The notes below the pieces were generated by a model. It searched no databases, was not told where the DNA came from, and saw nothing but the letters and a program-made list of their open reading frames with translations. From Raja brachyura (Eukaryota), in NCBI GenBank assembly GCA_963514005.1, contig OY740798.1, forward strand, positions 21,266,001 through 21,330,000: 64,000 nucleotides of DNA, in the 5' to 3' direction. The translations under genes were made by a program, and so were the position numbers. Every line of letters begins with the position of its first letter. Position 1 is the stretch's first letter. This document shows, in pieces, positions 38,095 through 50,829 of the stretch.

Positions 38095-39290
38095 AGTTCA
38101 ACTCGCTGACTTTCCGCTCTGCACTGGACCACTTGGGCAATAGAAGGACGTCTGTCAAGCTGTTATTCATACTTATCATCAAACTCAGTGAACTGGGTCT
38201 CTGCTCATCCCTTTATATTTGGATGCTTAACTTCCTCATCGGCAGACCACAATCATTACAAATTGGCAATAAAACTTGCTTCTCGATAACCACAAACACA
38301 GGGGCATCTCAAGGCTGTGTACTCAGTCCCCTGCTCCACTCTCTCTATCCCTTCGACTATGTAACCAGACACGGTCACAAAGCCATCTTTACATTCACAG
38401 ATGATAGCACTATCATTGGACGAATAACGGGTAACGATAAATCGGAGTACAGGAGGGTGATGATAATCTGATTAAATGGTGCCTGAACAACAATCCTGGT
38501 CTCAGCGGTAACAACAATCTTGGTCTCAACAACCAATGAGCTGGTTGTTGACTCTAGGAAAGGACCTGCCTTCATTGATGGGACAGTGGTGGAGTAAGTT
38601 AATAGGTACAAGTTCTTGGGAATACATATCTCTGAAGATCTGTGCTGGACCCAACACATCGATGCAATGAAATAAAACTCATCAGTGCCGCCAGTTCCTT
38701 AGAAGATTGAGGAGATTTGGTATATTGCTGAATACGCTATCAAACCTCTACAGGTGTAAGTTAGAGAATATTCTGACTGGTTGCATCACCACTTGGTTTG
38801 ATATTTAGAATGCCCAGGAACGAAGGAAGCTGCAGAAAGTGGTAGACATTCCCAGTTCATCATGGGCACAGACCTCTCCACCATCGAAGGGATCTCAAGA
38901 GCGCTGCCTCAAAAAGACATCTCATATCATGAAAGACCCACACAACCCTGGCCACACGCTCATCCCACTACTACCATCTGGAAGAATGTACAGGAGTCTA
39001 AAAACCGTGACCTTCAGGTTCAAGAACAACTTCTTCCTAGCAATAATCAAGCTCTTGAACGCCGCAGCTCCCTAAACGCAATCCTTTCTCAGTAACTATG
39101 ATGTATTATGGACTTTATTTTTGTTTGTATTATGTACTTTGGTTTTGCTCTATTGTGGTTTGTTACTTTGTCTTACTGATAATTAAATTTATTGTATAAT
39201 TGATTCTTGTGTATCTATGTGTTGTTGCAGCATTGTAAAGCTGTAAAGCTGCAGCATTGTTCCTTGCCAGTACAAATGACAATTAAATAG
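38095..39290 (+). mobile_element. Rex1/Babar-like LINE 3' fragment, decayed
   Basis: RT motifs TGASQGCVLSPLL..FTDDSTIIG and C-terminal LLPSGRMYRSLKT..FKNNFF. Similar decayed pieces at ~8930-9460 (-), 13450-13930 (-), 23640-24540 (-) and 53250-53640 (+). Confidence 0.8.
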
Positions 39291-41480
39291 ATTTTGCTCA
39301 TGCAACATATTCAGCAGTAAAGACATTGACTGTAATGTGTTACTGGTGGCTTGGAACAAGTTTATCTCCAATTTCAGATTACAAAGACAATAGTTACACA
39401 AAGGTAAATTTAAGGGTTATTCCCCCTCTGACGATCAGTATATGCTATCTTAGATACATAAAATATCAGTGAACTGAAGCACAGGCAGATTCTTACTACT
39501 TAATGGTCCAGATTTTGCAGTGGTGATAATGGTGAAATCACCAGCATTTTCCTTCATTAATCTATGAAACTGACACTGACCGTGGAATTTTGTGCTATGC
39601 AAAATTTGAACTTTTTACTGATTCAATGTCTTGCTACAGGCTTCTTTTTTGTTGCTTTCTTCAACAGAATCAACCTCTACCAACAAGGACAAAGGCTTCA
39701 GAAAAATGGCAACAATACCACTTACAAGTAGCACATCATCCTGATCAGTTACTTCAGCATCACTGGGTATAGTATCCTGCAGCTCCCTCTACAATATCAC
39801 TATAATGAATGCAGATGTCGGATGTCCACCAAGTTCTCAAGAACTCAAGGCTGAGCTTCAAATGCTGGCCTTGTTATCAATCCTTTAAAGATTAAATGCT
39901 GGCCTTGGATTACCTTACAGCACTTTAGTCAGCAGGGCGCATGTCCTCCAGTTCTCACAATATTTTCACTGCTACTCGGAAATGCATGATAATCATCAAG
40001 ATTATGTAGCCTTGGATTACTGACAACTTTACCGCAGAAATTCATAAAAGGATCACAACAATAAAACGACAAGCCAATTTGGCTCACTTTTTAAAAATGA
40101 TTTAACATCTGGTTCCTTTGTCTTTTCCAGTATCTGTCTCTTTGCAAGTAATTAACTAATTCTCACTGAAGGGAGTTAACGAATTCTGCTTTAATCACAT
40201 TTGATAGAAAGAATGCTACTATTAAGAAAGTTTTAATATTTTTTATTTTAAACATTCAGTGATCAGGGCTTCTGACCATCAAAGTAAGGTAACATCACAG
40301 TGAATTTATTGCGTAGACCGAGTCATTCAGCTAACTTCAAGATAAGTGTTCATGCTTTACAATATTTTCCTACAGCTCAACCTTCTATTTCAGTACTAAT
40401 CACTTCTTGATTAGAGGATTTTTCACAAATTCCTTCCTTCCTGGAATAAACTAAATAGTACAGAGATAAATTGAATAGAGTTTCTATTTTTGTTAAAATG
40501 ATTCTTCTGTAGCTTTAGATATAAACTCATGAGAGACCTAGCTCGTGCGAATAGGAAGGACGTATTCCCTTAGCTGAGAGACTAATTAGAAGGAAGCATA
40601 GGTTGTGGGTGGAAGGATTAGAGGAGAGCTGAGGAAAAAAATATTTACCCCAAGAGTGGTCAGGACTTGGAATTGTGTGTCTGAAAGAATTATGAAGACA
40701 GAAATCATGAACGGATTTATAAAAAGAACCAAGGAAATGAAAACTAAGAATAACCTAAAAAGTTTGTTTTTTAAACTGATATAAGCACAAGGCTAAATGC
40801 CTCCTTCTGGATTAAGATATTTAGGAATCCATCAAGTCCCCTGCACCTCCTACAAAAAATAGTAAGGTATTAGCTCTGGGCGGCGTCACAGCAGTTCAAT
40901 CGAATGGCTCTTCCTAATATATCCCCAGATGAATTCAGTTGTGACAAGGCTCATCATGGGAAATGCAAACCAGCATGTTACCATTCTCCAGCACAACATG
41001 TAAAAGTGCCATTTCACTGTTTCATGTTGCTACTTTAACACATTCTACGTTGCTGCTTTAATGAAAGGCATGCAGAGAGAGGATGTGAGAGAATGTTTCT
41101 ACGAGTGGGCCAGTCTAGGACCGGAGGCCACAGCATCAGAAAGGAAAAAACTTACCATTAGATGATGAGGAATTTCTTTATTAGAAATTTCTTTATTTAG
41201 AAGATGGTAAATCTGTGGAATTCATTGCCTCAGATGGCTGTGGAGGGCAAGGCTTTGGGCATTTTTAAAGCAGAGATTGACATATTTTTGATTAGTAAGG
41301 GTGTTAAAGGTTACGGAGAGAAGGCAGGAGACTGGGATTGAGAGGGAAGTACACATCAAACATGAATGAATGGTGGAGTAGACAATGGGACAAATGGCCT
41401 AATTCTGCTCCTATGACTTCTGAACTTTAACATCACATTATCTCTTGCAGTCACGCAGATGTCACAGTGGATACATTTAC

Positions 41481-41526
41481 CTTTCTAATTCCCCACATAA
41501 CATGAGTTCTCTGTGGATCAGGAAGC
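41481..41526 (-). CDS. ACCS: ACCS-like exon (LPDPQRTHVMWGIRK) with the PLP Schiff-base Lys
   Basis: tttttcag|/|gtaaat, 46 nt; aligns to LPDPQRTHVMWATSK. Confidence 0.92.
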
Positions 41527-42380
41527 CTGAAAAACAGTACCGGACAGCCATCAATATCGTACATATAAATATTTTAAAAAGCTCACACAATGTATACTAG
41601 CGTGGACAAGATAAAATTATGCAAGAGATAACATCAATGTGTTTTGAATTATCAGGTGAAAAAAAACAAAGGCTGTTATTACTTGAAATCGTAGGTTGTC
41701 TATGCATTTGATGTGTCTGGAGGTGTTGTGATAGAGGTGGATGAGAATCCACCCCCATCTTGGTAGACCATGAGCTTGATGTTGGGTAAAGCCTTTGGTT
41801 TTCAAACACTTTTTTTCCACAATCAGACAAAAGCTTTTATTCGCACATTGAATTTTGTCACTCATGCTTTCCTCAATGAGGGGGGTGAACGTTGAGATAT
41901 GGAAAGTAACCTTACGAAGGGTGTGGAGAGTAGTTTGTTGCGCAGTAGTTTAGTGCTTTTGTCTTCTGCATGTTTAGTTGAAGATCTTTTCTTCTGTAGG
42001 CTTCAGCAATTAAGCCAATGATGAACACAGAAGTTTGTCTTCGAACTATAATTTGACAACTGATGTTGGTACCACCTTGGTTCTGGAGTAGAAAAGTGCA
42101 GGCTAAGCTGTTTCCTGCTCATCTTTTAATCATCTTTGGAAGTTTGTTGGTGGTAAGGTACAATAAGAGAGTCACAACAATGATAAACGCTCGATAAACC
42201 AACATCAGTCTTTATCATTGCTGTGACTCTCGTCACAATATGGCTCACAGGCTCAACTGTGGTCAGATGTGGTATGGACCCATGAGTTAAAATCATGGTC
42301 TACATGCCATCTTGTGACTCATGGAGAATGGTGCTGAAATTCTGAGGATTCTCTTTCTGTCAGATGAAAGTTTTTGTGAG

Positions 42381-42469
42381 TTACACAAAAAGCTGGAGAA
42401 ACTCAGCGGGTGCAGCAGCATCTAAGGAGCGAAGGAGATAGGCGACGTTTCGGGTCGAGACCCTTCTTC
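42381..42469 (-). mobile_element. Short Penelope-terminus repeat (young copy)
   Basis: TSD AAAGTTTTTGTGAG on both sides; identical to the copy at ~31809-31898. Confidence 0.8.
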
Positions 42470-43506
42470 AAAGTTTTTGTGAGGTTGGAGGAGGCACTGT
42501 GCAGCATTTATTGCTACATTTTTTCCTGGATATGCCACACAATTAAGATTTTGTTCACTATACCTCTCAATGGACAGAATCGGTATTGCAACACAGTCAC
42601 TGCAATGAGGTCAACAGCTTTGCAAAGATTTTCCCTGTGGCAGCTGGCAAGGAGACAATTACAAAATCAGATGGTTGTTTACTTGGTGTAATGATTACCA
42701 CACTTATGTCCCTTTCACATTCTCCTCTTCTTAGATTGTAATGTATATAAAGGTAACTGTAACTTTAAGTACTATAATGGTATGATTTGTGTCATGTGAT
42801 ATATTCTATATCTAATCAGTCTCGTGAATATATGTGAGTATGCGCAGTGTACTTTTGCAAAATAAGGAAGACCCACACTGGCAACAGCGTGTACTGAAAA
42901 CTTGTGCTTGTTTCTATCTACATGCTGAAACCGTAATACAGTGTCTTACGATAGCGACGAGGATCAGATAGAGTTTTTGATCTCAACCTCCGAATACAGT
43001 GCAGGACTGTTTTGCAATATGCAGCATTGTTTCACATTTTAAACAGCAATTATGAAGCTGTGTCGCAGTTGTTTGCGAACTGGACACGAGAGGCCACAGA
43101 TCCTTCTTTGCATGGGACTGTAGTTTAAAATAGCAGCTGTACAAATCATCTAAAGTTTGTCAGGCTATCTTTGTGTTGTGCCCTGGGGGCAAGATGGCAT
43201 CCTTGGGGCTCATAGGCCGACTAGGGACATTCGACAAGAACTGTGAAACCTTTACCTCGTACTGTGAGCGAATGGAAATGTTTTTTTTGCAAATTACACT
43301 ATTGAAGCTGAAGAAAGAGAGGATGATGATCAAGCGCAGGTAAGAGCACAAATCAAGGCCATCCAAGAACAAAATCAAGTCATTCTATTAACTGAAATTG
43401 GTCCCAAAGTTTATGAAACTCTCACTAACATCCTAGCCCCAGAGAAAGCAAGGAATGTTTCATTTGAGACTGTTCTTTCAAAACCTGATCCTCGCTTCAA
43501 CCCTAA

Positions 43507-43794
43507 TGCCCCTGTCCCACTTAGGAAACCTGAACGGAAACCTCTAGAGACTTTGCGCCCCACCCAAGGTTTCCGTGCGGTTCCCGGAGGTTTTGTCCTC
43601 CGGCAACCACCTTCAACTAGCATCGGAACCGGCTTCGACTAAAAAATTACCGATTTTTAAAACGGAAACTACTTTCGACCATTAGGGAGACTGACAAAAA
43701 CCGCCGGAAACCTCCGGGAACCACACGGAAACCTTGGGTGGGGCGCAAAGTCTCCAGAGGTTTCCGTTCAGGTTTCCTAAGTGGGACAGGGGCA
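43507..43794. mobile_element. PIF/Harbinger-type MITE nested in the Gypsy gag
   Basis: Long TIRs starting TGCCCCTGTCCCACTTAGGAAACC; TAA TSD at 43504-06 and 43795-97. Removing it rejoins gag-like sequence (FNP...EIAESYKFH). Confidence 0.9.
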
Positions 43795-44571
43795 TAAGAG
43801 ATTGCAGAAAGTTACAAATTTCACACAAGAAACTAGAAGTCTGGTCAGACTGTGGGAGAGTACATTATCTCACTGAAGAAGTTGTCTCTACACTGCAATT
43901 TTGCGACATTTCTGGATCGAGCTTTGAGTGATAGATTTGTATGTGGAATGCTGGATGAGCGAGTCAAATCAAAATTACTGACACACCAGCCCTTACCTTT
44001 GATTTAGCATGCAAAACTGCTTTGGCCATGGAGATGGCATGTCAAAGTGCACGGGTTTCGACCAACACATGCTGGCGCAGTCAACAGTCAAAAGGTAGTT
44101 CCAAAACGCAAGCATGACAAGACAGGGAAAAGGCCTTCACAGGAAAGTTCTGTGAAAAGCGTATCTATGTGCTATTGATGCAATGGTCAATGGTAAAGCA
44201 AATAAGTGCCAGTTTAAGGACTATGTGCCAAAACTATCAAAAGAAAGATCATATTGCATCAGCATGTAGAGCACCATCACATGATAAAGCTAAACAAAAG
44301 GCTCGAGAAAACCACATGCGTGGGATTCATAATTGAACACTCGGAGAGTAATGAACTTGGACTGTACGGCATCTATACTATGAACGGTGGGTCTGGATAG
44401 GAAGACTTTCAGACAAGGGTCAAAGTGAACAATCAATACATCAATACTATGTGCATTGATACTGCTGCTGATTGCACAATTATAAGCAAAGACACCTATG
44501 AATCCAAGTTTAGCAATATGCCTATCACAGAAACAAACGTTCAACTGAAAACGTCATCTGGAGATGTATTT

Positions 44572-44775
44572 GAGGACGTGTTAGAAGTGTGCACATAAAC
44601 CATATGTTCCCAGCAAAGGATGAACCGATACAAGAGCAAAGCATAGACGAAGAAGTAGGTCTGTCAGACTTTGCTATTATTCTAAAGTCTGACAGATCTA
44701 CTTCTTCGTCTATGATTTGTTCTTGTACCCTTGCTGGGATCATATGGTTTATGTGCACACTTCTAACACGTCCTC
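44572..44775. repeat. ~200-bp palindrome/hairpin inside the Gypsy element
   Basis: Arms 44572-44672 and 44684-44775, 11-nt loop, about 5 mismatches plus one 9-nt indel. Homologous to 45847-45941. Confidence 0.95.
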
Positions 44776-46760
44776 CAATTTCTACCTTTTCAGTCACAGC
44801 AGCTGAAATTGCTGCTGAAACTCAAAAGGACACAGTGCAAAAACCAGTACACGAACAAACTTTGTGTGGATGGTCAGAAATAAAACCAAGTACTAATCAC
44901 CTAAAACCATATCACAATAAATGACATGAACTGTCATGTAAGCAAGGGTGTTTTAAATGGGATCACAGTGTAGTAATTGTTTAAGACAAAGATTCCATAA
45001 AGAACTCCATCGTGAACACACAAGTCTTGTGGGAATGAGGTCTACAGCCAGAGGTTGCATGTATTGGCCAGGATTGGACAATGACATAGAAGCAATGGCA
45101 AGCAAATGTAGCACCTGCCAAGAGTTGTAGAAGTAGGCCTGCCCAAACGCCTTTGCAAACATGGTCTTGGCCCACTAGACATTTTCAGAGGATTCATGTG
45201 GATTTTTGTGAAGACGGGAATAATAATTTTCTTGTTTTGGTAGATAGTCACTCAAAGTGGATTGAGGTGGTACATATGGGTACAAACACAACAACAGAAA
45301 GAAGAATAGACGCATTGTGGTCTATCTTTGCATGTCATGGATTACCTGAAGATCTTGTCTCTGACAACGGCCCCCAATTTCGTGCTGCACTGTTCCAAAC
45401 CTTCATGAAGCTAAATGGTATCAAGCATACCTTAGTGCCAACTTACCATCCGGCATCTAACGGCGCAGCCGAAAGGTCAGTCAGGATAGTCAAAGGAGCT
45501 CTCAAGAAACAAGTTCTTGAAGGGAATTCAAAATTCAGTATGTCACAGCGGCTAGCTAGTTTCCTACTGAAATATCGTACTATGCCACAATATACTGCAG
45601 GGTAAACGCCAGCTGAACTAATGAAAAGAAGGCTCAGAACTAGACAGAGTTTGGTTCTACCTAACTTATCTCCTGAGGTTGAACGAAAACAATTTGATCA
45701 GAAACGTCATTATGGCGGAGGTAAAAAAGAACGTAGGTTTGATACCCTTGATCAGGTTCGTGTTCTCAGAAAAATGTACAATCAGTACAAAGCAAAAAAT
45801 GGGAGGTGGGAACAGTAGTTGAAGTGCGTGGTACCAGGAGGTACTTGGTAGAAATTGGAGGACATGGTAGAAGTGTGCACATAAACCATACGATCCCAGC
45901 AAGAGCAAAGCACAGTTGAAGAAGTAGATCTGTGAGACTTTGGTATTAATGCAAGTTCAGATATAAAATCAGAACCTCCAAAGAAAGTAGAGATAAGGGT
46001 AAATGATGCTGAACGTGACTCTCCTTTAGAACCACAACCTGACACTTCCCCTAAACCACCCAGGAGATCAGAAAGAGTGCGTAAACCAGTCGTCAGATTA
46101 ACTTTATAAAATTAGTCTTGTTTGTCTAATTTACAAGTTATTTTACTTTCTAAGGGGAGAGCAGTGTAGTGTATATAATTATAACTGTAACATTAAGAAT
46201 TGAGTACTTTCATGGTATGATCTGTTTTGTGTGATATATTCTATATCTTATCAGTCTCATGAATATGTGTGACAATGTGCAGTGTACTTTTGCAAAATAA
46301 AGAAAACTCACACAGGCAACAGCATGTGCTGAAAACCTGTGCTTGTTTCGATCTACATGCTGAAGACGTCATATCTTACATAGATGAGGGAGATGAATTT
46401 GCACCAGAAATACCTCTTGATACCTGCCATTTGTTAGAGCTGGAGTTAGGGGTGAAGGCAGGACAATTTGTGTTTAAGGAACAATTGAAAGGACTGAGGA
46501 AACAGTTGTGGGCCAGTTACTGGGATTAGGTGGGGTGCGGATTTGGGGAGGGTGGATGGCAGAGGTTGGTGTGTGTCAGCCTCACCCCGTGGAGAGAGCA
46601 GGTGGGCAACAACGTTCCTCAACAACTCGCCTCAGAGGCTCTTTAAAAAAGACAATGGGTTTCTGACAGATGATAATATAAAAGTCAAACACACCAATAA
46701 TTGTAAAAGCAGGAAAATAATTAGGAGACGTACAATATTTAATATTAAAGTAACACTCAC

Positions 46761-46850
46761 TTGTCAAAGCTGAGGATACTTTGGAATGAATTTACGTCAT
46801 CAAATACGGAAAGCATGTACACTTCATCCACAATTACATGCAATTTGTAT
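46761..46850 (-). CDS. ACCS: ACCS-like exon (YKLHVIVDEVYMLSVFDDVNSFQSILSFD)
   Basis: gtag|/|gtgagt, 90 nt; DEVY PLP-pyridine-binding motif. Confidence 0.94.
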
Positions 46851-47043
46851 CTACATCACCAGAGGAACAAAAAACAGAATCTAAATAAGTTACTCACAAA
46901 TCTCAATCAATTCAAAGGTTCTGATTTTTTTTCCCCCACAAGGTAACCAGTCGTTTTGCATATTAATGGCATAGTGATATGGTTGAACCAACATGATCTT
47001 TGGGCAGAAAAAGTAGCCTCGACTAAAATATTAGAATCAGCAG

Positions 47044-47309
47044 GTAGACAAAAATGCTGGAGAAACTGAGCGGGTGCGGTAGCATCTATGGAGCGAAGGA
47101 AATAGGCAACATTTTGGGTCGAAACCCTTCTTCAGACCCGAAACGTTGCCTATTTCCTTCGCTCCATAGATGCTGCCTCACCCGCTGGTGGGCCCTCACA
47201 TGTTTTGCAAGTGGACAGTTTAAAAAGAGCTGGAGAAACTCAGTGGGTGAGTTTCTCCAGCATTTTTGTCTACCTTCGATTTTCCAGCATCTGCAGTTCC
47301 TTCTTAAAC
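47044..47309. mobile_element. Short Penelope-derived fold-back insertion
   Basis: Inverted copies of the terminal repeat; 16-bp TSD ATATTAGAATCAGCAG (47028-43, 47310-25). Confidence 0.8.
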
Positions 47310-48190
47310 ATATTAGAATCAGCAGTCTTTTTTGGATCCCATGACACTAGTCATAGGATCAAAGCGTCATAGAGTGAAACAGTGTGGAAACAAGCCCTTC
47401 GGCCCAACTTGCCCACACCGGCCAACATGTCCCAGCTACACTAGTCCCACCTGCCAGCATTTGGCCCATATCCCTCCAAACCTGTCCGATCCATGTACCT
47501 GTCTAACTGTTACTTAAATGTTGCAATAGTCTACTCTAAAAAATCTGAAAGAAAGTATATGCACAAAGTATATCCTACTGTTCCATGCTACTGCATAGGT
47601 TAAAATGAATGAATTGTACCAGTCGGGTATTCTTGTCATTGATTACATTTTTCTGCTAGTTAAATTAATCCAAAATATAGTAGCAAGAAATAGAATAAAA
47701 TAACTTGAACCATGCTTTGGAATCAAACTTCAGAATCATACATTTTGCCTTCAAACATACAAGGATATAACCTCCATTGTATCAGCAAGCCTTAATAATC
47801 TATACACACAGAAACAAGAGAGTGATTGGTCAACAGGATACGTAGAATTATGAAATTATATTTTTAATGCCAAAATAAAGTACATCCACACAAACAAACA
47901 ATGATATCCCATCCTCCCAAGGAAATATGTTAGCTGCGATAAAGATTCAGACCAGAGGCCACATTAAGTCTCAAGTGGAATTACAGGGATGGAAATGAGA
48001 TGTACATAAGGTCATATATCAAAGATATCTAAGGTCAGATTTATTTACTAAATTGGATGATCGGAACACCTAAGCAGACAACAGCAGGAGCATTTGATTG
48101 TTTTATTGAACATATAGTTTTAAAGTTTTCATGGAAATGTAACAAAGTAAAAACATGCAATTTTTCATTCTGGAACTGCGAATGTCTCAC

Positions 48191-48291
48191 CTTTTAGCAA
48201 AGCCAAGAAATTCTTTCATTTCTGTTGCTGAATAAATATCACCCAGGGGATTGTGAGGGTTTGTTAGAATCATGGCTGTGACCTTCTTACC
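48191..48291 (-). CDS. ACCS: ACCS-like exon (GKKVTAMILTNPHNPLGDIYSATEMKEFLGFAK)
   Basis: cacag|/|gtgaga, 101 nt; NPxNPLG class I aminotransferase motif. Confidence 0.94.
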
Positions 48292-48514
48292 CTGTGATAA
48301 CACAGAAAAATTATTAGGGCTATTGCAAAACAACCTTACAATGAAAGGTTAGTATAAGTGAAGATTTTAAGAGTCATTTTTGGAGTCATGCAATGGTAAT
48401 TATAATACCCAAAATACAAAGTGCATCATTAAACTTGTAATTAATTTTGTGTCAGGTACTTCCATTTCTCATTCTGATTTACAAGTGTTTCCACCTTGCT
48501 TTCACTCTTAAATT

Positions 48515-48820
48515 TAGTTTAGAGATACAGCTCAGAAACAGGCTCTTCGACTCACCGGGTCTGCACCGACCAGCGATCCCCGCACATTAACACTATCCTA
48601 CACACATTAGGGACAATTTACATTTATACCAAGCCAATTTACATACAAACCTGTACATCTATAGAGTAAGGGGAGGAAACCAACGATATTGGAGAAAACC
48701 CACGCAGATCACGAGGAGAACGTACAAACTCCGTACAGACAAGCACCTGGAGTTAGGATTAAACCCGGGTCCCTGGCGCTGTAAGGCAGCAACTCTACTG
48801 CTGCGCCACAGTGCTGCCCA
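48515..48820 (-). mobile_element. tRNA-derived V-SINE (HE1-like)
   Basis: Reverse complement of the same head (gggcagcactgtggcgcagcagtagagttgctgcc), core and CR1-like tail. Confidence 0.8.
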
Positions 48821-49120
48821 AATTGTGGAATATATTTTAAATAAACTATGAGATAGCTATTGTATAATCCTTAATGTAATAACCTGACTTAGCACTGGAA
48901 TTCCCATTCAGCTCAATGGGGATTCTGACCTGGAGCTGAGAAAAAGGTTCCGTTCAGTTAGTTAGTTTTTCTAAACATGTTTTCCTCTTTCATTGTTGTA
49001 ATTTATCGCAACAAAAGCCTTTCACTGTACCTCGGTACAAATGACAATAAACTAAACTGAAACCAAATCTGAAAAATTACTATCTACAATCAAAATGATG
49101 AACATTTCTGAATCATTCAC

Positions 49121-49198
49121 CTGGAGCTTTGCAGCTTCCATTGATTTTTTCAGCTTTCCCACTGTAAGTTGAAATGGACGTGTGTCACCATCAGTCAC
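49121..49198 (-). CDS. ACCS: ACCS-like exon (VTDGDTRPFQLTVGKLKKSMEAAKLQ)
   Basis: cctag|/|gtgaat, 78 nt; TRPFQLTV motif. Confidence 0.92.
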
Positions 49199-49739
49199 CT
49201 AGGCAAATACACAGCAAGACTTGGGTTTACACTTATAATTCTCTATGATATCAATTTCCACCTTTCTCAACTATACAATTAACATTACATGCAAACTGAA
49301 GCCAATACTAAGGGCTCATCCAACTTTCCTTTGGCAAAACTATATGTCTGCAGTTTGCATAGTTGGAGAACTGTGGACAGTGGGATATGAGGAGAATTAA
49401 AAAATACACTTTCCCATTATGACTGGTGTGGCAGGGCCCAGAAATGAAAAGGAATCATGTTATGCATATAAGAGGCTGATGTATGCATTCTGATTCAATT
49501 CAAGGGTGTCTTAGTGATTACATTGAACTTATATGTACAACATACATCTTGATCAAAAATACTCTCAAATACTAGTTCTAAACACAATGTTGGTTCTTTG
49601 ATTACAGTACAGATCAACCTTGCTTGAATAATTTTCATTCACTCAAACAGAAGCTCAATGATTTGGACAGGTTTTACAATAAGCAACTACTAAATACAAG
49701 GAACCACAAAGTCATGTTTTCAAATGTTTTTACTCTTAC

Positions 49740-49837
49740 TTTGCTCTCCAAATGCACATGCAAAGGTTTGACTTTGCTGTAGAGAAAAATATCATCCTTG
49801 ATAACACCATAGTATGGTGTGGGTAGAAGAATTCTAT
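49740..49837 (-). CDS. ACCS: ACCS-like exon (RILLPTPYYGVIKDDIFLYSKVKPLHVHLESK)
   Basis: gacag|/|gtaaga, 98 nt; PTPYYG motif. Confidence 0.93.
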
Positions 49838-50829
49838 CTGTCAACACAGAAGGAAAACAGTTACATTAAAGTAATTTTAGTAAATAGCCAGCAACTTAGA
49901 ATATAAATAGTCCTTTACAATTGAACAAAACAATTTTATGAATGAATGAAAGAATTAATTAATGACACTTCAGCATACTTGTTGCAAGTAACCAATGTTC
50001 TATGGCTGAATAGTGAAACCGGTTTATGAAAACAATTTTTAAAAACAAGACAAATGTGTGGTTTTATTCAAAATTCTATTTTACCAATAAGCATCCTGAT
50101 TTAGGTGCAAATATGGGATATAAATTCAGGCAGATAAATGGTTTAGGTTTACTATTGTCAAATGCTATGAGGTACAGTGAAAAGTCTTGTTCTGCATGCT
50201 ATCCAAACAGATCAATACAGCATGCATGGAATACATGCAGGGATATACTGAAGTCTCCCTATCGCACTTTCAAAAGTCTCCTGTTTGTCAGACATCCCTT
50301 TACCTGCAAATAGCATCTCCCAGTCAACTTTAGAGTTCCTGTCTGATGCCATAAAAATAACCCTTCCCACAATTTAGGCCATTAATTTATGAACCAGTCC
50401 AACCATTTTCCATGACCATCTTGAAACGTATAGAATTATGGTCATCGATCCCAAAGTGCTTCCAACCATTGATAAGGTAAACTCATCCACTATCACAATC
50501 CTGTTGTTCTTACAGCTATCTGCAAACTCCCTGTATATATTCCCTCTAATTCCTGCTGACTATTAGAGGGAGGGATAAGGCTACAATATAATTCCATCAA
50601 TGTGGTCACTCTTTCTTTATTTTTAAAGTTCTCCCCAAATAGCCTTGCTGGATGTTTCCTGGCACATCCTCTCTTCAATCAATGCTGCAATCCCTCCTAA
50701 ATTACCTCCATCTCTCTCACTCTGGAAGCATCAGTTTCCTGCAACATTGAGCTGCCAGTCTTGTCCATCACTCAACCACATTTCTATGATAGTTATAATA
50801 TCATAATCCCATGTGCCGATCCATGCTCC

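Larger units (their letters stand above)
42737..46380 (+). mobile_element. Degenerate Ty3/Gypsy LTR retrotransposon, Mag-like, lacking RT/RNase H
   Basis: LTRs 42737-42950 and 46165-46380 (TG...CG/CA); 5-bp TSD TAGAT (42732-36, 46381-85); PBS tAgcgacgaggat (tRNA-Ser(GCU)-like) at ~42952; PPT aaggggagag. Remnants of gag with CCHC knuckles, protease (MCIDTAADCT), integrase zinc finger and rve core (ORF 45153-45605: HVDF..LVSDNGPQF..HPASNGAAER). Confidence 0.93.

Noticed and set aside
44525-44924. Similar ORFs on opposite strands
   Set aside because: Produced by the palindrome; not independent genes.
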